Source: Wallemia ichthyophaga EXF-994
Taxonomy: Eukaryota; Fungi; Basidiomycota
Length of the DNA: 248,000 nt
NCBI RefSeq assembly: GCF_000400465.1
Contig: NW_008806282.1
Location: forward strand, 20,001-268,000
Direction of reading: 5' to 3'
In this document: positions 76,488 to 87,093 of the stretch, in pieces
How the letters are laid out: every line of letters begins with the position of its first letter
Position numbering within the stretch: position 1 is the stretch's first letter
The notes under the pieces: model-generated
What the model was told of the DNA's origin: nothing
The model's database searches: none
Seen by the model: the letters and a program-made list of their open reading frames with translations, nothing else
Program-made: the position numbers and the translations under genes

Positions 76488-77075
76488 TAGTGATGATAAC
76501 CGAGAAGACGCGTGTGTCATCATCGAGGGTGGTGTTATACTTTTATCGTACACATTCTCATCTCAAGTTTCCTTTTGGTAAACGCGTTCTTTTACATGCA
76601 TCATTTCGGTCCTCGAAAACACACAGCAGCTAGTTCCTGTTCGCTCTGGGCCGTCGATAGCACACTTGATTGATAAATTCTCCTTTACTGCTATGTATTT
76701 TGTAGCTTTGAGCCGACTTAGTACAAATACAGCCTTCCTTTCACCTAAATCAGACTTTCCTGAACAATGAAAATTTCTGTTGCTGCCATTTGCAACACGA
76801 GCAATGGGTTAAGAACAAAGTAAAGACTTTCATGACATATTCATAGCATATTTTAACCGGTTCAAACAATCTGAAAAGGGTACGCATTGATATTTGTCTC
76901 CTGAATATATATGAACGTTTGCATTTGCAATATCAACAGCAGTGATATGAGAATGAAGAACAATTCGTTGGAAATTGACCTTCAATTACAATCGCCTACT
77001 GCCTTTGGTTGATTAGGGGCTCCCGCGCAAGTCAAATAGATTGACAGCCGGAGCTTCAAATCCATTCACTCTAAA

Positions 77076-77137
77076 TCAATTACTCTCGATGTCATCGAAC
77101 TCTTCCATGTCGTCGACGTCAATACCCTTTTCCTCAG
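77076..77137 (-). other. Duplicated, candidate alternative terminal exon of eEF3
   Basis: 42-bp exact direct repeat (77088-77129 = 77561-77602) preceded by ttcttag acceptor; encodes [19 protein letters not shown]. Confidence 0.6.
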
Positions 77138-77557
77138 CTAAGAAAACCAAGCGTGTCAAACGTAACAGAATTGTCATCGACTTTAACTAGAATCGTCGCT
77201 TGATGCAAAGACTTCAAGAGTCAAGTTGTCTCATTTTATATTGCTACAAAATATTTGCTAACTATATTTTCTTGCTCAATCTTTTTGGAACAGTCTTTTC
77301 GCTCAAGCAAACGTCTTGAAAATCTTCTTTGTCAAACTTCTTTCTTGATAAATCTTCATTATCCTTGGACAATCACATACTCAAACTCATCGTGAGCATG
77401 TGTTTGCCTTGTGTGTTAATCAGTGTTAACAATATTCAGCATCAACAGCTAGTCATATCAACATCCTGCTTGTATTAAGCACTATGCCTGTCAGCTTCAA
77501 CGAGTAGACTAAACGAGTGAAATAAAAGATTCATAAAATAGAAGAATAGCTACACGA

Positions 77558-80500
77558 CTAGATGTCATCGAACTCTTCCATGTCGTCGACGTCAATACCC
77601 TTCTTCTTGAGCGCCATACGTTCCTTCTTCTTCTTTCTGAGCTCAGAGGCGTTCAATCTGGCCTGTTTCTTTTCGCTGACGATCTTGTTACCAAGGGCAT
77701 CAAACTTGTCTTCTTCATCGTCCTTCTTCTCAATCTTGGTCTTACCTTGACCTTCGACCTATAATGACGTCAGTGAGATATTTTCCAGAAAAGTGTGATA
77801 TTTCTACTTGCCCAATTATGACCTGATGCTTCCAAGTAACCGTCTCTCATTGCCCTGTGTAACGCTGTCAGTATTATTCACACTAGTAACAAGTGTCACC
77901 CACCAAACTTCGGAACAGATCGATTCGGAGAATTCTCTGTTGTGAGTGATGATCAAAACACCACCACCGAAGACCTTGAGGGCTTCAATGAGTGCTGCGA
78001 GTGACTCTCTGTCGAGATAGTTTGTTGGCTCATCCAAACAGATTACGTGTGGCTTTCTCCAGGTGGCAGCACCGAGAACAACCTTGACCTTTTGTCCACC
78101 AGAGAGACCTGCTTGGGTGTAAGAAATAGACTCTAAGATACTATATCACCATACCTCTCATGGTGTTGTGGGTGGTGAACTCTGACTCGAGACCAAAGTC
78201 CTCAAAGTGCTTCTCGATCTCCTTACGCACAAGTGGTCTCATCATACCGAGTCTCTGGGCCTCACGGGTGTCAACCTCCATGACCTTCTTCTCGAAACCT
78301 CTCTTGACGAGCTCGTCGCGAGAGAACCACATGTTGTCAGCAGAGGACATGCCCTTGAAGCCACACTCGTACTCGTAAGATTGCTTGAGCTTCTTACGGC
78401 CGACAATCTCCTCAATGTAGCGCTTCTGGCCTTCGATGATGACGACAGAGCCGTTCTTCATCTTCTCAGCCTCCTCCTCGGTGATTTGGCGCGTCTCCTT
78501 CATCATCTCCTCGAGATCCTCACCTGTCTGGTATCTCCAGAGCATGTACTCGAGTGGGGTCTTGTCGAGGTGGTTGTCGATGTGGTGGAAGGCGTGCTGG
78601 GCGACATATCCGATAACCAGGTTAGGGTGCTTCCATACCTCACCGCTAATGTTTGGCTCAATGTCACCGATGAGCAGCTTGACGAGCGTCGATTTACCCG
78701 CTCCGTTTGGTCCGAGGACGGCAACACGTGACGAGAGGGATACTTGCAGCGTTATGTCAAACAGCTGTTGCACCTTGGCGGTAGGGTACTGGAAGTTCAC
78801 CTTACGCATCTTGAGCAGCGACTTCTCCTTGGTCTTGACACCCTCCAACATTGGTGGCTCTGGGAGAATGAACTTGTACTCCTCGCTAGCGGCAATCTCG
78901 AAGAAGGACTTGGCCTCTGGGACGAGTTTAGCAAAGTTCTCGAGGTTACCTGGGTAACGCTTGATCTTGAACTTGCTCAAGTAGATGACGTCGGTGATGG
79001 TCTTGTTGAGGAACTCCGAGTCGTGGGACACAATGATGGAGGTACAGTGGGTGAGGGAGGTAAGGTAGTCAATGATCCATTGCACGTTCAACACATCCAA
79101 GTGGTTGGTTGGCTCATCGAGCAACAAGATGTCGGCCTTGAAGAGGATGGCTCTGGCCAAGGCAAGCTTCATCTTCCATCCACCAGAGAGAGAGCCGATG
79201 GACTCGTCTTGGCGCTCCTCACTGAAACCGACAGTGGCCAAACCTTGTCTGATCTCAGCTTCGTCAGCCTCAATACGCTTGTCAGCTTGGACGAATTGGA
79301 CAACAGTGGTGTCTTCCTCGCTACCGTCAATGTCGTGCTCGACGTAGAAGGTACGGACTTCGTCTGGTGATGGGAAACCTTCAACTTGACCATTTACAAT
79401 GGCTCTCATGAGAGTGGATTTACCGGTACCGTTACGACCAAGGAGACCGTATCTGTGACCTCTCTTAAGACGAAGGGTGGCGGTGTTGAGAAGAATCTTA
79501 GCACCGTAAGCCAATGAGAAGGTACAGTTACAGAGATCTTCACCCTCCTCTTCGTCAGGGAAGACGTGCTCAACCTCGGCATCGTCAGCGGAGGTCTTTT
79601 CGAGCAACTCCTTGACGACGGCCTTTGCTTGTGAGTTGACAGAGGCTGGGTCGACAGCGTTGAGTTGGAGAGAGATGAGCTGGACGAGAGCAGAAGTCCA
79701 CTCAGTTTCCTCACCGCAGCGAGCATTTGAAAGCTCTTGGCCGAGACGGGCAATGTATGCGACGAAGCAGTCGTCAGCCTTGGCGAGAGAGTCACCAGTG
79801 TTCTTGAGAGCGGCAACTAAGACATCAACAACGTGGTTGAGTTCGATGGTTTTGATTGGTGGGAGATCGGTACCATCCGAGTTTTCTGGTACGCTACCAA
79901 CTTGACGGAGCTTCTTGATAGCGCGGTTGACGACAGAACGTGCTTCTGGGTCAGCGACAGATTCCTCAATCTTGATAAGACCTGGAAGAAGCTTTGGAAG
80001 GAAAGGACGAACGATACGCTCGTTGTCGACGAGGGTGGACATGTTGTCGATAATGACAGCAGTCTTACGACGGAGAGCAGTTTGACGTTCAGCGAGACCA
80101 CGAGAGAGAAGAGGTTCCATGAGGGCAAGGGTTGGTGAGTCGACCTCAGAAACGAAAGTGGTAGCGGCCAAAACTTGGATAGTTGTTGGGACCTTTTCGA
80201 CTGGGTTGATGAGACATTCTTGGAGTGCAGGAATGAATTTTTCAATATCCTTGTTGTTGACCTGGAGTGGAATATTGGTTAGTACATCAAGATAGCCACT
80301 TCAAAACACCCTCACAAGAGAACAAAGCTTCTTCAAAGAAGAACGTGCAGCCTTCTTGACATCTGATTTGGTGTCCCACATAACTTCAGCAAGAACAGGC
80401 ATACAATCCGGCATGAGACGAGCCATTTGGTCAGGGACAGATACAACGAGCTTGTTGAGAACAGCCAAACCACCAGTCTTAATTTGCCATTTACCTGCGG

Positions 80501-80918
80501 TTCTGATTTGCTCGAGGAGTGGTGGCAAAATGAAGGCAGTGGCCCAGTTGTTCATGACTGCGACGAAATCTTCAACGGCCTTGACAGCAGCATCTCTAAC
80601 AGCATTGCTCTTATCAGCGAAAGCTTCCAAGAGAGCGCCAAAGACGTCGTGTTGGGTTGAAAGAAGGAGGTATGGCTCAACAGGAGTGAATTGGCCACCT
80701 GCGACGATAGCAGAGATCAATTCGGCTGCGCCCTGTCTAGCGGTTTCGTTCTTCTTTTCAGATAAACCGCCGAGGATAGATTCAGGGAGAGAGAGAGTGG
80801 CGACTGCAGCAGGGCCACCGTCCTTGATAACTTTTACAACAGCTTCTTGAGCTGCGTTACGCGCGGCTTTATCAGCGTTGAATATGGCTGAAGTGTCTAA
80901 CTGTCCCGGCGTAGGCAT
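77558..80918 (-). CDS. YEF3: Fungal translation elongation factor 3
   Basis: HEAT domain (AGKWQIKTG), two ABC cassettes, LSGGWKMK, chromo insert, basic/acidic tail. Confidence 0.97.
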
Positions 80919-81018
80919 TTCCTCGTGGTTCTTGGTTAAGAGAAGGTTGGAATCCAACTTGACGAGCTTGTGAGATAATTTTTTAAAATATTCCGGGAAG
81001 AGCGTGAAAACGGTGTAG

Positions 81019-81576
81019 ATGAGAGTGTACACGTATTTATTAAATAAAATACCAAAATTAAAGGACTGGTCGAGGTCAGATGCGTCTCCGGTGGCTGCTT
81101 TGGTCGGTGGAGATAAGCCCAGGCAGAAGGAAGCGAGAAGACAGGATGCTAGTGGACCAGAGAACAAGGAAATGTGGATGAGGCATGCTTCAAGGATTAA
81201 GAATAAATATCCAGATGGCTGGCAGCCAAAGAATAAGCTCAGTAGGGGAGCTATGAATGGTATAAAGGAGCTACACGATTATGATCGTGTGGAGTTTAGC
81301 GTGGAAAACTTGAGTAGGCGTTTTAAGAGATCTCCGGAGAGTATACGTAGGGTTCTCAAGAGTAATTGGGTGCCTAATCAACTCAGGGCCAGTGAGCAGA
81401 ATGAGCGAGCGGAAAGGGGAGTCACGAATGAATTAAATTCATCTCAATCATCTCGGCCGCCTCACGGTACACACGCATCTCACACTCACCCAAATCGCAA
81501 ATCATTCTCAGATAACGTAAACGCCATCAAACAATATCTATCAAAGCATCCATCAAAACACTCAAACTCAAGTTGA
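81019..81576 (+). CDS. RRG9: Rrg9/neugrin-like mitochondrial protein
   Basis: KYPDGWQPKNKLSRGAM..FKRSPESIRRVLKSNW. Confidence 0.85.
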   Translation: MRVYTYLLNKIPKLKDWSRSDASPVAALVGGDKPRQKEARRQDASGPENKEMWMRHASRIKNKYPDGWQPKNKLSRGAMNGIKELHDYDRVEFSVENLSRRFKRSPESIRRVLKSNWVPNQLRASEQNERAERGVTNELNSSQSSRPPHGTHASHTHPNRKSFSDNVNAIKQYLSKHPSKHSNSS

Positions 81577-81583
81577 ATGACTA

Positions 81584-82225
81584 TCACCAGTTATAATAAG
81601 GTACAGGGTTTATAATCTTTGGAGACTCCCTCACCACACCAGGTGATCTAGTTTTGTTGAGAATTTTCATCCACTTTTGGTCCTTTTGTTGAGATATTGA
81701 GGGGTGAGGGGTGAGTAGTATCTTAAGCCTAGACTGTGGATGCTGCTTAATACCAGTTCTCATCCTACCTTTAATATCAATTCTCTTATCAGGCGTACCT
81801 CTATTAACGTATGCTTGATTAACGACAAGGTTGTGTCTGTCAAGACCCTTGGCAATGGCATGATCTCTAGCCAGCACGAGAGTACTCTTGATTCTCTTAC
81901 TAGCCCTCTTTTCACTGAATTGCATCTGGAGAATAGCGCTATCTATTGGCTTATGGGCGATCTGTCTACCCAAATCGTTTAGTTTTTTATGAGAAATTTT
82001 AAACCAAGCGGTAGAATAGGAGTGAGAGGTGTGTGTCTGTGTTGGAATTGGTAAGGGCTTTGCAGTTGGCTGTATAAGTGAAGATGAAGTATCCTTTGGT
82101 GCTGGCTTCTCGCTCAACTCAGGCTGAGCTTCGAGCTGCTTAGAGAACTTCTGCAGCTGCTGACTAAACCAAGGGAGTTTAAATGCTGATGATCTAGTCG
82201 ACGTTGAGAATTGGCGAAGACTCAT
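81584..82225 (-). CDS. MRPL22: Mitochondrial ribosomal protein uL22m
   Basis: FKISHKKLNDLGRQIAHKPIDSAILQMQFSEKRAS. Confidence 0.9.
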   Translation of the reverse strand: MSLRQFSTSTRSSAFKLPWFSQQLQKFSKQLEAQPELSEKPAPKDTSSSLIQPTAKPLPIPTQTHTSHSYSTAWFKISHKKLNDLGRQIAHKPIDSAILQMQFSEKRASKRIKSTLVLARDHAIAKGLDRHNLVVNQAYVNRGTPDKRIDIKGRMRTGIKQHPQSRLKILLTPHPSISQQKDQKWMKILNKTRSPGVVRESPKIINPVPYYNW

Positions 82226-82253
82226 GGGATGGTGGTTACAGACAACAACCAAG

Positions 82254-82612
82254 ATGGCGATATCGATTGGGAATATTTTCTACATTTCATTATTGCTGGT
82301 AAATTCTATTGCCATTTTAAATCAAGAGAGGTTTCTTAGTAGGAGTGCGTCGTATCCAGCCAGCCAGCCATCCCAGCTATTGACACACACTCCCAGTCGG
82401 TTGGACACAATCAAATAATATTTATCAAGATGAAAATATCAAGACGAGGCTAATTAATTTAATCTCAGCTGTTAGAACCCTGATGAGATGTGAGTCGCTA
82501 GATAGTTGGCACACTAACACACATTAACGCAAACATACACACACACACACACACAGTCCCCCTTATTATACTCAATATCATTGTAATCATTTATCAAATT
82601 ATACTCGGCTAG
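82254..82612 (+). CDS. YOS1: ER-Golgi Yos1 protein
   Basis: LLLVNSIAILNQERFLSR; final exon PLIILNIIVIIYQIILG. Confidence 0.85.
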
Positions 82613-83123
82613 TGCTTAAGTGTCGGCCAGGACAATGACCCAATTTTTCAATTTTTAGAAATATCGGGAGATAACCTGGCCTGTATTTACTCTAGCCAAT
82701 AGAGTACACGCCGTCTATCATTATCATCATAGAGGCTTTTTTTAACTCTTAAACGGCTTAAAGCATCTCTTCATCGTTTTTCTCGCTTAAAAACCCCTCT
82801 TAACGCGGCTTAACCGGGGTTAACAGGGAGTCTTTTAGTGGGAATATTCCAAGTTACAGGTTAGCTCATTAAATCACCCAATATACCTACAAAGCACCCC
82901 AAATTACCTACAAACACGCGCATCAGTAAAGACCACAAACACGCGACTGTCTTTCTTTTGTCCAACTATTCCATTTAGTCTCAAACGGCCATGACGACGT
83001 TGATCACGTGTATGCTCAGCGTACTGGGTGTATTGGTATGTGCAATCGCCCGCACTATACACCCTCCTTCGGATCTGATCATTGCTGTTCCCCCGCGCAT
83101 ACCCTTTAGTTAGTTTGAGTTGA

Positions 83124-83954
83124 ATGTCGCTGGATCTCACCTCTAACACGCAACCAGACGCGCCATTTCAATGGGGTTACTCGTTTAATGATACAAACAG
83201 CCAACTCTTCCGTTTCGATTACACTCTTGCGCGGCTAATCGCCCCGTCGGGCGAATCCTCGTCCCAGCAGCCCAATGGGACACTTGCGCGGATGTTCCCC
83301 GACAACATTGACAAAAAGAGCACGCCGTATGAATTCAAGTTGCCAGAAGGCACGCAGAGTCATTCGTCGTATGGGAAGAGACGTGCAGAGCGAGGGGAGC
83401 ACACCATGCACACCATGCACACCATGCACACCATGCAAGCGCGTTCGAGCAACATCTATACCATAGACAAACAAGCAATCAACACCACCACCCCGCTCTG
83501 TTTAACCACGACCAACACATCCACACCGAGCTACTACGAATGGCACAACGCCACTGAACCTGGCCATTGGACTGTGGAAGTGCAGTCGATCCTCCTCTAT
83601 GGCAGCAATGGCTATGAAGAGAAAGGGAATGAGACGTGCATCTCACCACCCTTCGCGTATGAACGCGTGCACTCCGAGGCTCAATTTTCAGTGTCGACAC
83701 TCGATGTTGAACAAGTGGAAAAGGAGAGCGAGACTGGGGATGGTGGCACTGCTTCCATCACCACTACCACTACCACATCCACGTATTCCCCACAGACTAG
83801 CGCTTCAGCTACGCTCGTGCACACTTCCTTCTCTCCCTCGCCTACAGGTAACATACTTGTATCGGGGTATGACAGAGATGCAGCCGCGTCACAGAATCTC
83901 ACTCTCACTCTCACTCTCCTCTCACTCTCCTTTGTTATCTTATATCTCTTGTAA
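83124..83954 (+). CDS. Hypothetical secreted/GPI-anchored protein (5' exon upstream likely)
   Basis: Ser/Thr-rich region, hydrophobic C-terminus LTLTLTLLSLSFVILYLL. Confidence 0.55.
   Translation: MSLDLTSNTQPDAPFQWGYSFNDTNSQLFRFDYTLARLIAPSGESSSQQPNGTLARMFPDNIDKKSTPYEFKLPEGTQSHSSYGKRRAERGEHTMHTMHTMHTMQARSSNIYTIDKQAINTTTPLCLTTTNTSTPSYYEWHNATEPGHWTVEVQSILLYGSNGYEEKGNETCISPPFAYERVHSEAQFSVSTLDVEQVEKESETGDGGTASITTTTTTSTYSPQTSASATLVHTSFSPSPTGNILVSGYDRDAAASQNLTLTLTLLSLSFVILYLL
83400..83435. repeat. 9-bp coding repeat (HTM)4
   Basis: (cacaccatg)x4. Confidence 0.9.
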
Positions 83955-83986
83955 TCATATCCATTTCGTTCGTCACTACCATCATC

Positions 83987-86131
83987 ATGATGTCTAATCA
84001 GATAAACGGAGTCGCGGAGATGGGCTCGGAGATGGACAAGCGAGCGGAGATCGACGCTACTGGCCGAATGGCAGGGATGAGGGTGGACGATAGCGAGATA
84101 ACTGGCCATTTCGACAGAGATGGATGTGACGGTGGAGATGGCGACAACAACGGCGAGAACAACAACGATAATAACACCAGCAACAACGCAAACAACAGTA
84201 ACTCCACCCAGCGTCCACTCACGATAGTCTACTCGACAGAAACCGGCAATGCGCAAGACGTAGCAGAGCGATTAGGGCGACTAGGTGAGCGGTGGCGATG
84301 GGAAGTGAGGGTTTGCGAAGCGGATGAGTTCGACATCAATACTCTCCTCACAGCGCCGATAATTCTCTTCGTGCTCTCAACGACTGGCAACGGAGAGCAC
84401 AACCCCACTTTTCGCAGTCTGTGGCGGCAGCTGCTCAATTCACGTCTACCGTCGGATTTGCTGGATGGGCTGGTATATGGGGTGTTTGGGCTGGGCGACT
84501 CCTCGTATGCGCGTTTCAACTGGGCCGCTAAATCGCTCGATCGTCGGCTCGATAGTCTCGGTGCGCAGCGCGTCGTCGGCAGAGGCGATGGCGATGAGAG
84601 ACATTACATGGGATATGATGGTGTCTTTCTGCCGTGGTCCGGCGTTCTCTTCAACAACCTCAATCACCTCCTTCCCCTCCCCAAAGGCGTGGATAAGTTG
84701 GATGACGATTACCTCCCCCCACCGCGCGTCAAGATGGAGTGGCTGAATGGGAGCGGGAGTGGGAGTGGTAGTAAGAATAGCAGCTCTAGCAACACCACGA
84801 ACAACACCAACACACCACCAAATAATCCTAGCACGCCTTACACCTGCACACTTGACAGCAGCACGCGTCTCACATCCCCGTCATGGTGGCAGGATGTACG
84901 CCATCTAGTACTAAACACCCCACCCACTCTGCCCCCCTTCCGCGCCGGTGATGTAGCTGTGTTGCAGCCGCGCAACGAACCCAGCGCGATATCCAACCTC
85001 GTGCGCCAATTAGGGTGGGAGGAATGTGCGGATGAGTTATTGCTGCTTTGTGACAGGCAGTCTAGTCACTCTGATAACGCAAATCACGATACTCAAACTC
85101 ACACTACCCACCTCCCAAGCCCCCTGCAACGATACACCCACACACCCACCACACTGCGCCATCTACTCACATACCACTTATCGCCCTACGCGGTACCACG
85201 AACGACGTTCTTTGAGTACTTGGCACACTTCACCAGTAGCGACGTGGAGAGGGAGCGTCTACGTGAGTTCACCAGCGCACAAGGCGCCGATGAGCTGTAC
85301 GAGTATTGCGCACGTGTGCGCCGTACTGCCCCGGAAGTGCTCGATGACTTCAAGTCTGTTCGCATCCCGCCCCGGTATGCCCTCGACGTCTTCCCTCTTC
85401 TCCGCCCGCGCAAGTTTAGCATAGCGGGGAGCAAAAAGTCACATTCACACGCTCACGCCTCAAACCAGCTGCAGCTCTGTATCGCTCTCGTCAGGTACAA
85501 GACTAAACTGGCAAGGCCGCGCATGGGAATTTGCAGCGCTTGGTTGGAGAGTCTGAAGCAGGGCGACGAGGTGCATGTGGGCGTGGAGGAGGGGACTATT
85601 AGGGCACCGCGGCGTGTGAATGGGCATGAGGATGCGGATGAGCACGCTGATAATAACTTGACACACACACCTCCCCTTCTCCTCGTCGGGCCTGGTACTG
85701 GTGTGGCGCCGATGCGCGCACTGGTGCAAGAACGTGAGCGTGACATTCACACCCAACCAAGCGCACAAAACACCGCTCTCTATTTCGGTTGCAGATGCAG
85801 TGGAATGGACGAATTGTATGCAGATGAGATGCAGTCGCTCGCTAGGGCTGGACGGCTCCATTACCGCGTGGCGCACTCTCGCGATGACGTTCACGGTAAC
85901 AAGGAATACGTTCAGCACCTCCTCCAACAGGATGGAAAACGCGTCTATAATTGGCTCGTGGAGCGCAGCGGATATCTTTTCATTAGTGGCAGCTCGGGAC
86001 AGATGCCCAAGGGAGTTAGAAAAGCTGTCGCTAGTATCATCGAGAGGCTCGAAGGGGTGGATGAGAACACCGCGATGAGAAAAGTGGAGTATTTCGAAAG
86101 CATTGGGAGGATTGTGGAGGAGTGTTGGTAG
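83987..86131 (+). CDS. TAH18: NADPH-dependent diflavin reductase Tah18/NDOR1
   Basis: YSTETGNAQD, FGLGDSSY, RPRKFSIA, VGPGTGVAP, terminal EECW. Confidence 0.93.
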   Translation: MMSNQINGVAEMGSEMDKRAEIDATGRMAGMRVDDSEITGHFDRDGCDGGDGDNNGENNNDNNTSNNANNSNSTQRPLTIVYSTETGNAQDVAERLGRLGERWRWEVRVCEADEFDINTLLTAPIILFVLSTTGNGEHNPTFRSLWRQLLNSRLPSDLLDGLVYGVFGLGDSSYARFNWAAKSLDRRLDSLGAQRVVGRGDGDERHYMGYDGVFLPWSGVLFNNLNHLLPLPKGVDKLDDDYLPPPRVKMEWLNGSGSGSGSKNSSSSNTTNNTNTPPNNPSTPYTCTLDSSTRLTSPSWWQDVRHLVLNTPPTLPPFRAGDVAVLQPRNEPSAISNLVRQLGWEECADELLLLCDRQSSHSDNANHDTQTHTTHLPSPLQRYTHTPTTLRHLLTYHLSPYAVPRTTFFEYLAHFTSSDVERERLREFTSAQGADELYEYCARVRRTAPEVLDDFKSVRIPPRYALDVFPLLRPRKFSIAGSKKSHSHAHASNQLQLCIALVRYKTKLARPRMGICSAWLESLKQGDEVHVGVEEGTIRAPRRVNGHEDADEHADNNLTHTPPLLLVGPGTGVAPMRALVQERERDIHTQPSAQNTALYFGCRCSGMDELYADEMQSLARAGRLHYRVAHSRDDVHGNKEYVQHLLQQDGKRVYNWLVERSGYLFISGSSGQMPKGVRKAVASIIERLEGVDENTAMRKVEYFESIGRIVEECW

Positions 86132-86221
86132 AAAGAGAAATATTGGTTAAAGATGCGTCGGTAGATGAAAAGGATAAAAGTACATGCATTGCAATTTATA
86201 GATAGATACATAGTCACATAA

Positions 86222-87051
86222 TTACATACCGTGAGCTCCAAATTTAGTTAGCGTATGCACAGGGAACGGACTGTCACATGTCGAGCAGCGTTGTGGGGGA
86301 TGGCAGAAAACTGGTCAAGGTGGATTAGCAAGACAAAGAAAATTTTCAAGCACGACCCACTACTAAGACAGACAGAGCAGATGTAAGCCATATCCACGAT
86401 ACGCTTATGGCAGAAACAGGCAGCTCTGAAATCGACCTTGTCAGAGCGTGGCTGGACGAGCTTATGCCTGAGGGCGTGGTTTGGGAGGAAAGCCATGATG
86501 AGATACTGGATGAGGCTATCAATGTACTTGACTTGTATGTAGTTACCGCCGGTGAGATGCGCTGCCTGTTGAAGGAAGATGGTGTTGCTGTTATACAGCT
86601 CGCACACGTCGACGAGTATCTTAGCTTTTTGTGCAGCAAAAATCGAGTTCATGAGGCTGACGTAGTGTGAAGGGACATCATCGGAGGTAGTGATTACGAG
86701 AATGCGGAAGGAGTGGGGGGAGTCTGAGCTGGCGCTGGCTTCGTTTAGCTTCCGGTTGATGTGGCAGAGCGACTGGGCGAGAGTGGTGGCTAGCGTGGCT
86801 TTGACGGGTTTATCCGTGCGATAGAAATCCCGCACACACTCCACAAACACCTCAGAGAGCTGGCTGAAGTTTGCGTCATCTTCGTGCGTATCGAAAAGAA
86901 TCTTATTATTGAGGTGCACCGAGGCTGAATTCAAGTCGGAATTACTTAAATGCAAATTAATAAATACGAGCAGCTGCTTCAACGAAGATAGAGAAACATT
87001 TTTATTTTTCAACTCAAGGACCACGCTCAGATGGTTTGACGTGGTCGCCAT
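86222..87051 (-). CDS. TFB4: TFIIH subunit Tfb4
   Basis: YVSLMNSIFAAQK, LQQAAHLTGG, VDFRAACFCH, YICSVCLS. Confidence 0.93.
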
Positions 87052-87093
87052 CGCTGTTACGGAGCAACGTCCAACACCCGGAATACGCGAGAG

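Noticed and set aside
77020-77060. Hairpin after a TGA as a possible SECIS or readthrough element
   Set aside because: No SECIS core recognised and no Sec machinery evidence; kept only as context for the eEF3 exon
78207-79905. Long plus-strand ORFs antisense to eEF3
   Set aside because: Strong codon bias of a highly expressed gene suppresses antisense stops; no family motifs
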